A stretch of 55,258 bases of DNA, taken from Nitrospirota bacterium (GTDB taxonomy: Bacteria; Nitrospirota; Thermodesulfovibrionia; Thermodesulfovibrionales; JdFR-85). A program made the position numbers and the translations under genes. Each line of letters starts with the position of its first letter. Within the stretch, counting starts at the first letter, position 1. Shown here piece after piece: positions 34,339-45,700 of this stretch. The DNA lies in NCBI GenBank assembly GCA_003232715.1, contig QIJG01000050.1, forward strand, positions 1 to 55,258, written 5' to 3'. The notes beneath the pieces were generated by a model that saw only the letters and a program-made list of their open reading frames with translations, did not search any database and had not been told where the DNA came from.

Positions 34339-35718
34339 TCAGGAAGTCCTTCCCTCTTTCCGGAGTTCCTTTCGTATCCCTTCAAGTATATCATTCAATG
34401 ATATGACCCTGCTTTTTTTCTTTAATGTCATCAGGGTGGCGTATCTGACGACGTTCATGATTGCTCCCCCTGACAGTTCATATTCAGCGGCGATTTCCTG
34501 CAGATCCCCCCTCTCTTTGAGGGGGGTCTTGTTGGAAAAGGCGTTTTCCCATAACCGGAAGCGCTCGTTCTGCTTCGGCATCGGAAAGTGGATAATCGAC
34601 TGGAATCTCCGTGTGAAGGCCTCGTCAAGGTTTGACCTCTGGTTGGATGCCAGGATGACAACACCGGCATAATCCTCAACACGCTGCAAGAGGTAGGAGA
34701 CTTCCTGGTTTGCAAAGCGGTCATGAGCGTCGTTTATGTTCGTCCGCTTGCCGAAGAGTGCATCGGCCTCGTCAAAAAAGAGTATCCATTCCTTATGCTC
34801 TGCCTTACGGAAGATATTTTCGAGATTTTTCTCTGTCTCCCCGATATACTTGGATACCACCATGGAGAGGTCTATGCGATATACATCCCGGTCTGTTACC
34901 TTTCCAAGCAAAGAGGAGGTCAAGGTCTTTCCTGTCCCGGGAGGCCCGTAAAAGAGGCTCCTGTAGCCCGGCTTGAGTTTCTTCATCAGCCCCAGGTCAT
35001 TGAGCAGGACATTCCCGTATTCTATCCAGGTCTTTATCTCGAGGACCTGTTCCATGGTATAGGGGTCCAGTACCAGGTCATCCCAGTCCAGTCCGGCCTC
35101 TATCTTTTTTGCCGGAAAATCGAGGCCAAAGATGGGGTTACGGATATTTCCCGTTGTTACAAGGTCTATGATCTCCCTTGAGAGGGAAAGGAAGCTGTTC
35201 ATTTCAGGTTCGTTCTCACCGGGGCGTTCCAGCTTGAGTATGTTGTGCTGAGCAAAGAAATGATCGGCCTCGAAAAGATAATGGAACGAGAGGCGTTTCT
35301 GCAGGTCATCCCCTGCCAGCAGGAAGAGGGCGGTCTCCCCGGTGGGAAGGAAGCCCGAAAAGGAATGGCCGTTTCGTCCCCCAAATTCGGTAAAATGTCT
35401 TGAATTAGTGCCGTTTCTGCTCAGAAAGACGTCCAGGAGCTGAGGCTTTATATGGGGAACGAGACTTAGCACGAAAACGGCCCTCTCGGCGAATGTCATG
35501 TCATAGTGATTGATGAAGTTGGCGTACATGGATTCCTCTTTCCCGAACTCAGGTGGATTGATATCAAATATATCGGTATAGTCACATTCCTGCCCGAAGT
35601 GGAGCTTTAGCCTTGTGTCTATGAGTGCGAAAAACCAATCCAGCTCAATATTTAGTGTAACTGCATTTTTATATGAGAGATCGCTTACCATGTAACGTTT
35701 ATTACTGTTTTCATCCAT
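34339..35718 (-). CDS. CIS-associated AAA+ ATPase (Afp15/Pvc15-like)
   Basis: Walker A GPPGTGKT, Walker B ILFFDEADALFGKR, SRH-like ILASNQRSNLDEAFTRRF. A single AAA module with an N-terminal domain, in the syntenic position after the tape measure gene. Confidence 0.85.
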   Translation of the reverse strand: MDENSNKRYMVSDLSYKNAVTLNIELDWFFALIDTRLKLHFGQECDYTDIFDINPPEFGKEESMYANFINHYDMTFAERAVFVLSLVPHIKPQLLDVFLSRNGTNSRHFTEFGGRNGHSFSGFLPTGETALFLLAGDDLQKRLSFHYLFEADHFFAQHNILKLERPGENEPEMNSFLSLSREIIDLVTTGNIRNPIFGLDFPAKKIEAGLDWDDLVLDPYTMEQVLEIKTWIEYGNVLLNDLGLMKKLKPGYRSLFYGPPGTGKTLTSSLLGKVTDRDVYRIDLSMVVSKYIGETEKNLENIFRKAEHKEWILFFDEADALFGKRTNINDAHDRFANQEVSYLLQRVEDYAGVVILASNQRSNLDEAFTRRFQSIIHFPMPKQNERFRLWENAFSNKTPLKERGDLQEIAAEYELSGGAIMNVVRYATLMTLKKKSRVISLNDILEGIRKELRKEGRTS

Positions 35719-37352
35719 GAAAGCCTGATTATCGAGATGCTCCAGGGCAGATATTCCAGGAGCACGTCGTAGGGTTTCTGTTCCACTTTCAGCACCCAGC
35801 CCGTTTCCCTTTTACCCAGGATTCCCTCTCTTTGCAGGAATGAATGCCTGAAACCTGCGATGGAGGTGTTCTTTAAACCCTGCCAGTGAGATATTACGGA
35901 AGAAAGGAGCTTTTCTGCTTCCGACCTCTCCGCGTCAGTTATCCTGAGGCCCCGGCTTACGGGTTCGAAAGTATCCCAGCCGCACAGGAGCTTGTTCAGC
36001 AGGAGGAGGTATTCCGGTCTCTCTTCTTTGTCGGTAGCGAGATACTCAAGAAGGTGTATCGCTCTCATGGCAGATGCTTCGTCAACAAAAGCACTCTCTC
36101 TCATCAAGCCCGTATTTTCGAAAAAACTGCCGAGATAGGGCCATAAAAGGACAAGCCCGGCATTCTTGATGGAGGATTCAAGTTCCATATCCTCTTCCGG
36201 CAAATTGCGGCGTCCCGTGGATGGACTCGTTGATGGTACATCCGGGATGGCAATCGGCCCTTTCAACGCACCAAGGGTCTGTTTCCCCGGCTCCTGCGTT
36301 CTATTGTTCTGCCCTTCCAAAGCTGCTGATGACTCTTCTTCGAGGATTGACCGGGCCTTCGTTTTGCCAGTGGCAGGCCCTATCGTTCCTCCCTTGTACG
36401 AGGACGCTTTACCCGTACCGCTTGTGTCGTCTGCGAGCGAGAGGTTATCCTCGAGAATCGCCACCAGACCTGCGAGGGTGCTACGGAGTCCGGTACGGGA
36501 CCACTCCTTGAATGATGTCACGATCGCCTTGGCAATAACGTTATAGTGGGTTTCAATTTCCAGGGACAGAGCCCTGACGAGGCAATCGATGTCCGGGGCC
36601 TGCCTCCTGCCTGCCGCCACCTGTTCAAGGAGAGAGTCCCAGAGGATGAACCTGAACCAGCTCTGGCTCAAGGGGGTAAAGGGGTGTTTTCCGTGGAGCT
36701 CGATGAGATCATCCGCCAGGTGATTGATTCGGCCTGGATTCTTTGCTCCGAGTGCCTCCAGGACTTTCAGGATCAGCCTGCCGGAAAACTGATGGATTAT
36801 CCGCTGCCTGGCGTGCTTCTTTTCCAGTTCATGCCTGAGAATCTCAACCCTCTCGTAGTCCTCCAGGAGTGCCGCTAACTTCTCCTCTATGCTTGTCTGC
36901 GACTCGATGCTGGCCCACCACGGGACTATTCCCGTTCTTAGATAGTGAACCAGGAGTTCCAGGTCAGAGGTCTTCTCGGAAATAGTCCGGCCCTCCGTCC
37001 ATCTGCCGCCCTGATCCGGCGCTCCCTGTATGGAGCCCTGTTGACCAGGGAGTGAAAGAGACCCTTGCCTCTCGCTGCAGATCCTGGCCATCTCGTCATA
37101 TAACACTCTAAGCACCTTCGCAGAAAAGTCCTGCTCCAGCCTTTCCTGCGATATGGTCCCGATGTCGATCTCGAGTTTCTCGATCCTCAGGATGTTCTCC
37201 CCGGAAAAGCCCGTGAAGATTTTGCCCATTTCAGGCAAGAGGACCGTATGGTAGAGGTTGCCTATCCTGTCCTGGACTCCCCGAGCCTCTTCCTCGTCTT
37301 TTACTCTGAGTTCTATTGTCTGCTTTCTGATCTTATGGTTTTGAAGATCCAT
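35685..37352 (-). CDS. CIS tape measure-like protein (Afp14 position)
   Basis: The N-terminus HKIRKQTIELRVKDEEEARGVQDRIGNLYHTVLLPEMGKIF...ILRIEKLEIDIGTIS matches my recollection of the conserved N-terminus of eCIS tape-measure proteins. Its position immediately before the AAA+ ATPase gene also fits. Confidence 0.55.
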   Translation of the reverse strand: MDLQNHKIRKQTIELRVKDEEEARGVQDRIGNLYHTVLLPEMGKIFTGFSGENILRIEKLEIDIGTISQERLEQDFSAKVLRVLYDEMARICSERQGSLSLPGQQGSIQGAPDQGGRWTEGRTISEKTSDLELLVHYLRTGIVPWWASIESQTSIEEKLAALLEDYERVEILRHELEKKHARQRIIHQFSGRLILKVLEALGAKNPGRINHLADDLIELHGKHPFTPLSQSWFRFILWDSLLEQVAAGRRQAPDIDCLVRALSLEIETHYNVIAKAIVTSFKEWSRTGLRSTLAGLVAILEDNLSLADDTSGTGKASSYKGGTIGPATGKTKARSILEEESSAALEGQNNRTQEPGKQTLGALKGPIAIPDVPSTSPSTGRRNLPEEDMELESSIKNAGLVLLWPYLGSFFENTGLMRESAFVDEASAMRAIHLLEYLATDKEERPEYLLLLNKLLCGWDTFEPVSRGLRITDAERSEAEKLLSSVISHWQGLKNTSIAGFRHSFLQREGILGKRETGWVLKVEQKPYDVLLEYLPWSISIIRLSWMKTVINVTW

Positions 37353-37381
37353 TTTCCCGGTCTTTCGTCTTTACAGGCTGA

Positions 37382-40126
37382 TCAGGGGTTCAGGCTGAAT
37401 CCCTTCAGTGCCGTTGCTAATACGGTCTTCCCTGTAACCGATGTTTTTATTGTGCTTATATTGTTTGAAAGGGATGCCCTGATGTCATTATTCTTTATAA
37501 ATGAAGTGCTGTTGCGCGCTTTCTCAATCAATTTCTCCTCCTGGGAACCACTGGCTATGTCTCCTTCTTTTTTACTCACATTTATGATCGTGTTTTTGAC
37601 TGTCTCAGCTATCATCTTGTCCAGTTCGTGCCGCATCCTCTTTTCTTCCTCTGTGGCCGTGCCCGAAGCGATCTTTACCTCATAGGCCCTGGCAGTTTTT
37701 GTCAAGCCGTCAAGGGCATCAGCTTCAGCCTTCAATCCGGGGTCGGTGTATGTAGATACGACTCCGGGATTGACCTTTGCCTGCATCAGGTTGCCGATGA
37801 TTGTGTTCAGGCTGCCTGAGTATGCCTGTGTTATCGACTTGGCCTGAGTGTCTATTATGAACTTCAGGTCTTCGTATTTTTGACCGATTTTCTCGTCTAT
37901 CGACTTGATCTTTTCCTCAAGGTAGCCCTCTTTACTCGGGTGCACCAGGATCTCGTTCAGGTCCGTCCATTTTTTTCTTCCATCGGAGTCTTCTGCCATG
38001 GCCTCCTCTTCTTCCACTGTGGGCTTACAGCACTGGTATGGCATGGAGAAATCCGCAATCACCTTATTGGCAGCGGATGAGTATACAAGGACAAAAGTGC
38101 CTCCCCCTTCAGCCCCTCCGGTATGCTCCATACCTGGATTTTCCTCGAGGAACCTGGCAAACAATGAGAGTTCCTTTGATTTCTTCTCTCTTTTCTTCAG
38201 TATACCGTCTATCCATTCAAACCACTTGAACTTTGTGTTGTTCACAAGGGTTTCATAAGGTGTGTAGGCTGAATTATATGTGACGCCCTTTATGTTCTTA
38301 TTTATGATTGAAGCTGTCTCGACCGCCGAAGTATATGTCTTTATAAATCCGGGTTGATCGAATTCGTCAAGGTTTTTGTTCAGTTTTCCCTTGATTTCCT
38401 GAAGCTGTTCTTTCAGGATGCCGGCGCTGTCACTCGTCACTGCCTTGATGGAAGCCGTTGTGTTTGTTACAGACTTTGGAGGCAACTCCCCGGATCCCTG
38501 GATTATCTCGACCACCTTGGTGTTGAAGTCTTCAACGTTCCTGATATTCTCCCTCAGGTCCTTCTTCAGAAGGAAATGCAGGGTCTTCAGGCTACCGTAT
38601 TCATAAAAAGGCTTAAGGGGGAGAATGGACAGGTCTTTTTCGATCTGGAGGGTCGTGACCTTGATCGGGAGATTGTAGCTGGTGATTATTCCCTTAAGCT
38701 CTTTTTCCGCTTCAGCGGGTTTTCTGCCGAGGTGTCCTTCTATCCTGAAGAACCTATAGTCGTCAAGGGGATAGTTCAAGGGGTTGAGCGCTCTGGCGGA
38801 TCCGTTATAAACGTCGGCATTAAAGGAGTAGAGATGGTTGTTTTTGTCCCTTCTGTTCAGCTCGTAGTTCCAGTGCCGGTGCAAGGGATTATTTTTGAGG
38901 ATCTTGTAGTAGTAGGGTATGGCCCTTGAGCCCAAACGGGCTTCCGGCTTGCTGGGAGTGACCTTGATGTCCTTGCCCGATGCCGGGACGTTGAAGCTCC
39001 TGATCATGGAGTCCATGCGTTTATGCAGGAACCGGGCCTTTTCCCATAGAGGGGATTTCCTGTTAAGGAGAGGGGACTTGTAGAATTGGTGACGGAAAGG
39101 ATCAGACGGCAGACGTTGATCCACGGCGGTGAGGCTGCCGAGTATCACATGTTTTGGGAAAAGCTTCACGTCAGGACAACAGACTGCATTATCTTCGAAG
39201 AGGGTATCCTTGAACTCCTTATAAGCCGATGCTATGTCCTTTATGAAGTCATAGACGTACTGTATCCCGTGGTCGTCTTCCTCGATCCTTTCATCGAGTT
39301 GCGTGAAGGTCTTTTCCCAGGCTTCGGATGGATCGTTGCTGTAAACATTTTTCAACAGTGGTTCACAGGCCTGATAGCTGCCGGTGATTATTTTTGCTGT
39401 GTTGTTGATGAATTTCTTGATAACATTTCTGTAGCCGGAGGCCAGGTCACTGTAGGTACTGATATCCCGCGGGGATATCAGTACCCTTTCACAGTCGATC
39501 TCTTTGAGCCTGGAGTAAAACCGGTTTGCGGTCTGGGCCTGATCTATGAGGGACTTGAGGTCGGACCTGAAGACGAGGAGCACCCGCAGGTTGTTTCTCT
39601 GCTCCTTGCCCTTGTTGTCACAGTCGCTTCCTGTGCATATGCCGGGATCGTGGACGTAGCTCTCAAGATAGAGCAGCAAGGCCATTGCATCCATTTTCTT
39701 TCCCGTCTCATCTTCAAAGGCGTTCAATTTTTTTGCTCCCTGGTCTGCATCGGGCAGTAATTCGAAGAGGGGGATCTGTTTCTGGTTCTGGATAAAATAT
39801 GGATACGAGGCGATCCTGTCTTTAAAGGCCTTGAAGTATTTGAATGCCCTGTCCTTGTCGAATGTGAGCAGATCTCCGTCAGTGGTGATAGCGCTCCCCT
39901 TTGTAATGGTGATGGACTTTGCAGCACTGATACCCTTCATCGGATACTTGACCTCAAGGCCGCACACAATACCTGCACCCGTCAGTTTCACCCTTGAAAG
40001 CCGGTACTCCCTGTCAAGGTATTCGGTAATGTTGTTAAGCTGCCCGGATGTCAGCACCTGGTCTTCTTCAAAGACCGGGTAAGAAGTCACCGTAGGTTCC
40101 GAGAGCTTATAGGATTTGTTTGCCAT
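37382..40126 (-). CDS. Hypothetical 914-aa CIS protein in the tail-fibre (Afp13) position
   Basis: Lies between the gp7/Afp12-like and tape-measure genes with gaps of 5 and 29 nt. The N-terminus ...VFEEDQVLTSGQLNNITEYLDREYRLSRVKLTGAGIVCGLEV recalls a conserved CIS baseplate-associated family. No fibre-type repeats are visible. Confidence 0.45.
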   Translation of the reverse strand: MANKSYKLSEPTVTSYPVFEEDQVLTSGQLNNITEYLDREYRLSRVKLTGAGIVCGLEVKYPMKGISAAKSITITKGSAITTDGDLLTFDKDRAFKYFKAFKDRIASYPYFIQNQKQIPLFELLPDADQGAKKLNAFEDETGKKMDAMALLLYLESYVHDPGICTGSDCDNKGKEQRNNLRVLLVFRSDLKSLIDQAQTANRFYSRLKEIDCERVLISPRDISTYSDLASGYRNVIKKFINNTAKIITGSYQACEPLLKNVYSNDPSEAWEKTFTQLDERIEEDDHGIQYVYDFIKDIASAYKEFKDTLFEDNAVCCPDVKLFPKHVILGSLTAVDQRLPSDPFRHQFYKSPLLNRKSPLWEKARFLHKRMDSMIRSFNVPASGKDIKVTPSKPEARLGSRAIPYYYKILKNNPLHRHWNYELNRRDKNNHLYSFNADVYNGSARALNPLNYPLDDYRFFRIEGHLGRKPAEAEKELKGIITSYNLPIKVTTLQIEKDLSILPLKPFYEYGSLKTLHFLLKKDLRENIRNVEDFNTKVVEIIQGSGELPPKSVTNTTASIKAVTSDSAGILKEQLQEIKGKLNKNLDEFDQPGFIKTYTSAVETASIINKNIKGVTYNSAYTPYETLVNNTKFKWFEWIDGILKKREKKSKELSLFARFLEENPGMEHTGGAEGGGTFVLVYSSAANKVIADFSMPYQCCKPTVEEEEAMAEDSDGRKKWTDLNEILVHPSKEGYLEEKIKSIDEKIGQKYEDLKFIIDTQAKSITQAYSGSLNTIIGNLMQAKVNPGVVSTYTDPGLKAEADALDGLTKTARAYEVKIASGTATEEEKRMRHELDKMIAETVKNTIINVSKKEGDIASGSQEEKLIEKARNSTSFIKNNDIRASLSNNISTIKTSVTGKTVLATALKGFSLNP

Positions 40127-40131
40127 AGCGT

Positions 40132-42681
40132 CTACTCCTTTTGGGTTCCCAGATTTGTTGTATCAAGTATAAAGGCTTCTTTCGCCGCCTCCATGGCGCT
40201 GCAATCATACATGATGGCTTCAGGATAAACACTTTTCATCCGGCAGAGTACGCTGATAAGCCTGTCCGTGACCCTCTCTTTGTCTCTGCCGGCTGCGTTA
40301 TATTCAAGCCACTGCCTGTATGCCTTTTCGAACCTGCCCATCTGTTCCTCGTCGACCCAGCAGATCCTCGGCTGGATATGGGAAGGGGTCTCGATTCTCA
40401 AGGTCTTTTCAACGAATCTCCTGAAATCGATTCTCGAAAACCTTGCAGACCATGCAGGCAGAACGATGGTTATCCTGAACGAGTAAGGATCGGAGTTGTA
40501 GCAGTCAGAACAGTCGGGGCTGACCTTTATCGGGAAAAAGGGCTCCTTGTCCGTTTCTGGTCTCAGCAGGATATGTTCTATAACGAAGAAGCCCTCATCA
40601 CTGTATTTCCGGATGAGAAAATCCAGGAGGTACTCAACGGCTGCTTCGCGTTCCTGCTCCGTGTCGAAATACTCTATCCTGCGGGCAAGCACTTCTCCTG
40701 TATCGTCAATGATATTGAAGTAGAACCTGCCGTCGGAAGTCTCTTTCCGATCGTATCCGCTTTTTCCCGTGGCAAAACCGAGGGCCCTTCTCATTTCCCT
40801 AACAGCGCTTTCCTTGTCCCCGTATTTTGCGCTGCTGCTGAGAAGGATCTTTCCCTTTTCGTCTATAACCCTGAAGCGGTATTCATCAATGTTGTCCCTG
40901 TCTTTTTCCTGGTAGACCTCATATTTTATATTGAAGAGGTTCCGCCTCTTGTAGTTCCTGATTCCGAGGAGGCGGGCGACCCGTCGTTCCAGCCCGGTTA
41001 CGGAATAGGTGTCCCAGAGGTTCTCCTGGTCCGTGTAATCAAAGGCCTGGCCACGGAGGCTGCTTATTGAAGGATAGTCTCTAAGGAACCCTATCTTTGT
41101 TTTGATCATATCCCTCCGGGTCTGGTCGAGGCCGCTGGAATACATTATCCATGCGTATTCGTTGAAACTCTCTGCAAATCTTGCAAGCAGGTGGTCGAGA
41201 AAACGGTTGCGCCTCTTGACGAAACGGGACTCGTCTTCAGCCAGCTCCTGTATGCGGGCTTCGATGCCTTCGTAATCGACGTAGAGGTCTTCCTCTCCCC
41301 TGACAGTGCTGATCACCTGTGTGAAACAGGTCCGCCCGATATTTTCATCAAGGGAGAAGAGTTCCTTCACGTGTGCGAGCTGAGCGAAATAATTGGCCAG
41401 CAACTGGTCAAAGAAGAGCAGGTACGCCTTCAACTGTTTGGCTTGGGCCTTGCGGGTTTCAGAGGCCGAGTCCTGCAGACCTTCCCCTCCTATCCCGTAG
41501 TTGAATGGAAAGTGGTTCTGGAAGGAATAGTATTGCCCAATCTTCCGGTCCTCACCGGTCTGTATCGGAAGGTCTTCAATCTTTGGCGGTTCAGTCCCGG
41601 CCGTGTCCTCACCTCCGGGCTCTTCATTGCTGGCCGCACTCTCGATATCCGCCTTGAAAGGAAGCTCTTCTTTATAGAATATTATCCTCGATTTTTTTAG
41701 GTTCAGGACCGGCCGGTGGTCCTTTTTCACCTTTATCGTCCACTTGTCCGGGGCGCCGGGGGATGGGTCCGAGGGGCTGAACTTTATATCCCTTACAGCA
41801 AGCACTCCCTTTATATTCATGATTACCCGGATGATGTCTGAAAGATTTATCCTTTCTCTCAATTCAGCCTCTTCAAGCTCGTCGTTGTCGATAAACCCGT
41901 TGTCCAGGACGGGCCCCTCAAAGATCTCATCAGGTGCCATCCCCTTGTCTATCATCTCCCTGAGCGAGTGGAATTTTACCGATGGTGTCAGGTATTTCCG
42001 GACCTTGCTGATGACGGCCTTGCCGACAGAGTCGATCTCAGCGTCAGGCGCGAGTTCGATCTCTGCGCATATGCTGAAGCCCTCTTTTTTCACTATCCTG
42101 ATGGTGGAGAAGTCTTCACAGAGGTTTCTGTTCTCGTGCAGTCTTTTCCATGCGGCCTCGATTATGGATTCCTCGCTCCTTCCTGACTCTTCTTCAAGTT
42201 CGACCACGGCTTCATACAGCCCTTTCAGGGTTATCTTCCCGTAAGGGCTCTCCCTGGGATGCGGGTTACGGCTTAAGCTGCTCTCGACACAGTCAACGTA
42301 ATAGGTGGTCTCCGTGGATTCCCTCAACCACGCGTTTTTGATCCCCGGGATGTCGAGCAGGAGCTTCCTGTAATCGTTTATCGTCACAGGCCCTGAAGGC
42401 AGGATCCTGATCGCCGACAGGAACTGCTTGTTCATATTTTGCAGGTTCTCTTCCTTATCAGCAAGTATGTCGGCTATTGGGTAAGATGTCCTGTAACCAA
42501 GGTCGGTGATGGCGTAGCAAAGGAGTTCGAGAATCGTGATCCCCGGGTCGTGTATGTTGTAGTCGGTCCAGACCTTGTGGGACAGTTCTTCTATGTACTT
42601 TAATCCCGCCTTGCGGAGATATTCGTAGTTGAGCACAGGCTCAGTGGGCGGTGATTTTGAAATCCTGTATTTGGTCGTCAT
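40132..42681 (-). CDS. Baseplate wedge protein, gp7/P2-gpI/Afp12-like
   Basis: N-terminal WTDYNIHDPGITILELLCYAITDLGYR signature. Follows the baseplate J-like gene, as in the P2 W-J-I order. Confidence 0.7.
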   Translation of the reverse strand: MTTKYRISKSPPTEPVLNYEYLRKAGLKYIEELSHKVWTDYNIHDPGITILELLCYAITDLGYRTSYPIADILADKEENLQNMNKQFLSAIRILPSGPVTINDYRKLLLDIPGIKNAWLRESTETTYYVDCVESSLSRNPHPRESPYGKITLKGLYEAVVELEEESGRSEESIIEAAWKRLHENRNLCEDFSTIRIVKKEGFSICAEIELAPDAEIDSVGKAVISKVRKYLTPSVKFHSLREMIDKGMAPDEIFEGPVLDNGFIDNDELEEAELRERINLSDIIRVIMNIKGVLAVRDIKFSPSDPSPGAPDKWTIKVKKDHRPVLNLKKSRIIFYKEELPFKADIESAASNEEPGGEDTAGTEPPKIEDLPIQTGEDRKIGQYYSFQNHFPFNYGIGGEGLQDSASETRKAQAKQLKAYLLFFDQLLANYFAQLAHVKELFSLDENIGRTCFTQVISTVRGEEDLYVDYEGIEARIQELAEDESRFVKRRNRFLDHLLARFAESFNEYAWIMYSSGLDQTRRDMIKTKIGFLRDYPSISSLRGQAFDYTDQENLWDTYSVTGLERRVARLLGIRNYKRRNLFNIKYEVYQEKDRDNIDEYRFRVIDEKGKILLSSSAKYGDKESAVREMRRALGFATGKSGYDRKETSDGRFYFNIIDDTGEVLARRIEYFDTEQEREAAVEYLLDFLIRKYSDEGFFVIEHILLRPETDKEPFFPIKVSPDCSDCYNSDPYSFRITIVLPAWSARFSRIDFRRFVEKTLRIETPSHIQPRICWVDEEQMGRFEKAYRQWLEYNAAGRDKERVTDRLISVLCRMKSVYPEAIMYDCSAMEAAKEAFILDTTNLGTQKE

Positions 42682-42752
42682 TTTTTCCTCTTACCTGTTA
42701 CTCACTCGATGTTCTTGTTTCCCGGTCCGTTGCATAAACGCTTGACCGGTGT

Positions 42753-45700
42753 TTACGCCTTTTCTATCGAGTGTTCATTGTACGAGACGAGTATTACCTT
42801 AGGCTCTGACACTGTCACTGTTTCCGTGTCAGTAGCCGCCTTCCCCCGGACGGTATGGAACATCTTGAAGTCCGTGACGTAATCAACGTATGAAATCTCC
42901 TCGATAAAATTAAGTATGACGGACTTGTGAATCCTGCCTCCGAACGCTATATCCTTGCCGTTATCAAAGGCCCAGGGTGAAAGAAACCGCTTGATCTCTT
43001 CATTCAAGGCACCCTTGTGGTATCCGAAATCGCAGCCCCTCTGAAAAGCTACCTTGAAATCAAGCTTGATCTCCTCGTATGAGGGGTTGGTGACGTGAAT
43101 CCTGACAAAGGCACCTGCATGCCTGCCGAGGAAGTCCTCTATCTCCGATAGCGTATCCTTCGGAGCCTTTGGCTTGAGGCGGTCCACGGCGTTCCTGTTT
43201 CTCAGGTCAGGAACTACCACGACTGTTACGTGTCCCGGAGCGTTGTATGAGTCCCGGGAGGAGTGGTTGATACACTTTGCCTTGTAAATGGAAGGGAAGT
43301 TTTCAAGGGTCATCCTCTCGTAGTCCCATATATCGACCGACCTGTTCTTGTGTCTCAATCTCTCGCTGACCCTGCTGTAAAATAATTCCCTGTTCTCTGC
43401 CATCTGCCCGCCGAAGGAGGCATAGGGCTGTTCAATGGGTTTAATCGCTGCAAGCGGTTCTGCGAGCTTCCTTATGCTGCCGGCCTTGAGGGGCTTGCCC
43501 AGGTGCGCCGGGTCATTATCCCTGTCTCTGAATTCCGCCAGGACCGCGTTTGCCCTGACATCAACCAATTGAGTCACGGCATCGGTCTCTTTTTCTATCG
43601 CAGCCCTCAGCCAGCAGCAACCGCCGGGCAGGATGGTATTGCTTGAAGTCGCCTCTGCAGGGATGAAGAACTTGATGATGCCGCTTGTCAGGAGGCCGTT
43701 GGTCGTGTCAGATAGGATCTCGCTCTCTTTCAGCTCTCTCCAGTGATTGTCGGAGAGTATGCTCCAGGTAATGTCCGGCCGCTCCTTGTCCGGGTTTGCA
43801 CTGCCTTCAGCTGCCTGCAACAGCAGCGGCAGGTTTTGCAGCGGCTTGACGTTTTCTAAGCCCACGTAAAACTCTCCCTCCTCCCTGTACTGGGGCAGCA
43901 TGTAAATATTTTCGTTGACATCGAATTCCAACTGTTTTTTGAGGAACCTGTGCACCCGCATCTGGCCGAAGGCGGTCACGTGAAAAAACTCCAGCTCTTT
44001 GTTCAGGTAATCCTTTTCGCTTATGGAGGTCAAGTCGGCTTCAGCGGTTGAAGCGGAGTAACTGAGACGGATCGACCGGATGACCGGGGTATAGGGTTCG
44101 CCGGGCAGGGTCAGGGTCTCTGTTTCTCCCTTCGTGTATTTTATGATCCTCGTGGTGTAGAGTTTCCGGTATTCCTTGTGGAGGAAGTCTGTCAAAAGCT
44201 GCAGTACAATATAGCCCTTTTTCGAAGGGACGGAGACTCTTCCTGCAGCCTGCGGAAGGACAGGCACCTTGCTTGTAAGGTTGATCATCTTCAGTTCATC
44301 CATGGCCCACTTATTGTTCTGTTGAAGCAATGTGTAAGGTTTATACTCGATGACTTCAAGGGGTTTGACTCTCACCTTTTTCTTCTTTTCCGGAATGACA
44401 ACAGGCCTTGCAGCGTCTGTCCCATCGAAGAGGTCGACACTGTTCCATGTGGTTCCGTCCGGTGCGGTCAGCTTTGCCTTGAAATAGCTGTTCGAGACCT
44501 TTGTAGTATAGTTCGTGTAACAGGACGAGAGGTCTCCCGAGGATACCTTCCAGGTGATCTCGATCGAGAACCCGTCGAGGTTCTTGGCGAAGGCCTCTTC
44601 ATGGCCTATGTAGAAACGGGAGCCCTTTTCAGGATTCGGTCCGAAGGGCATGAAGGATTTTCCCGGTGCTATGCTTCCGAGGTCGTTTTCTATGGTGATA
44701 TCCTCTATACCACTGTCTTCCACCGTGAGCCTGATGCTCTTGATCTGGACTTCTCTTAAGTAGGCATACCCCTCGTCACTCTTTTCCATGTCGAGCAGGA
44801 CCTGCATCAGGGGAGAGGATGTTTCGAAGTTGCTGCCGTGCATGTCGGTGCTGTAAGCCGCAACAGCGCCCTCGTCTTTCTGCAGGGTGAAGGAGAACCT
44901 GAATTGTCCGCTTGTCCCTGGTACCTGCTCCAGGGAGACCTGCTTCGGGCCTATCCAGCCCTTCTCTGCAGTCAGGTAAACGCTAAAGAGCACCTCTTTC
45001 AGTGAGTCGGGATCAGTCTCCCCTAAGTCTGAGAGCGAGAGGTGGACGGTTACGGTCCGAATCCCGCCTTTGAGTGCCAGAAGGGGAGAGGCTATTGCAA
45101 AGCCTATGTCGGCCTTTGGCAGTCCCTCGTGTCCAAAGGGCCTCCACTTCGGTTCATCACTCTCCAGCTCTCCGCCCAGTCCGTCGGAGGAATTCGCTAC
45201 AGGCGCAATGTGAACCACGTTGCCGGAGGCTACAAAGACCGAGCGCAGTCCCCTGATCTCCGATCTGGTTAAGAGTAAATCCTCTGTAAGGGCATAGAAG
45301 AGCTCCTTCCCCTTCGAGTCTTTCCCGGCCTTCAGCAGTGTGCCTGCCTTTATCAACTGGTCGCTCACCTTTTTCTTTAATTCTAAGACCACATGGGTCC
45401 TGTCGGGAAGGGGACCTCTTTTCCTGAAGCCGAGCACATCCTGGTAGTAGAAGTCGAGGTGACGGCCGGTCAGGCCGTTCATGTATTTCTGGGCATGCCT
45501 GAAGAGCAGCAGGAAGGCCATGTACAATGCAATGTGGGGTTCGTGGGCGCCGTAACCCTTGAGCTTTGTGATGTCAGCCCCTTCAACGGCCTCAAAGAAG
45601 GGCCTCCAGTTACCGTCGGGCCTGTTGGTGTCACTGTCAAAATATTTCAGCTCTTTGGCATACTCGCCTGCAAACTTGAGGAGTTCCTTGCGTGTACGGT

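Noticed and set aside
40141-41070. Long plus-strand ORFs (for example 40141-41070, 7829-8656, 23564-24268, 46463-47263, 32000-32743)
   Set aside because: All lie antisense to well-supported minus-strand genes, have odd composition (Ser/Pro/Leu-rich) and lack RBSs. I treat them as shadow ORFs.
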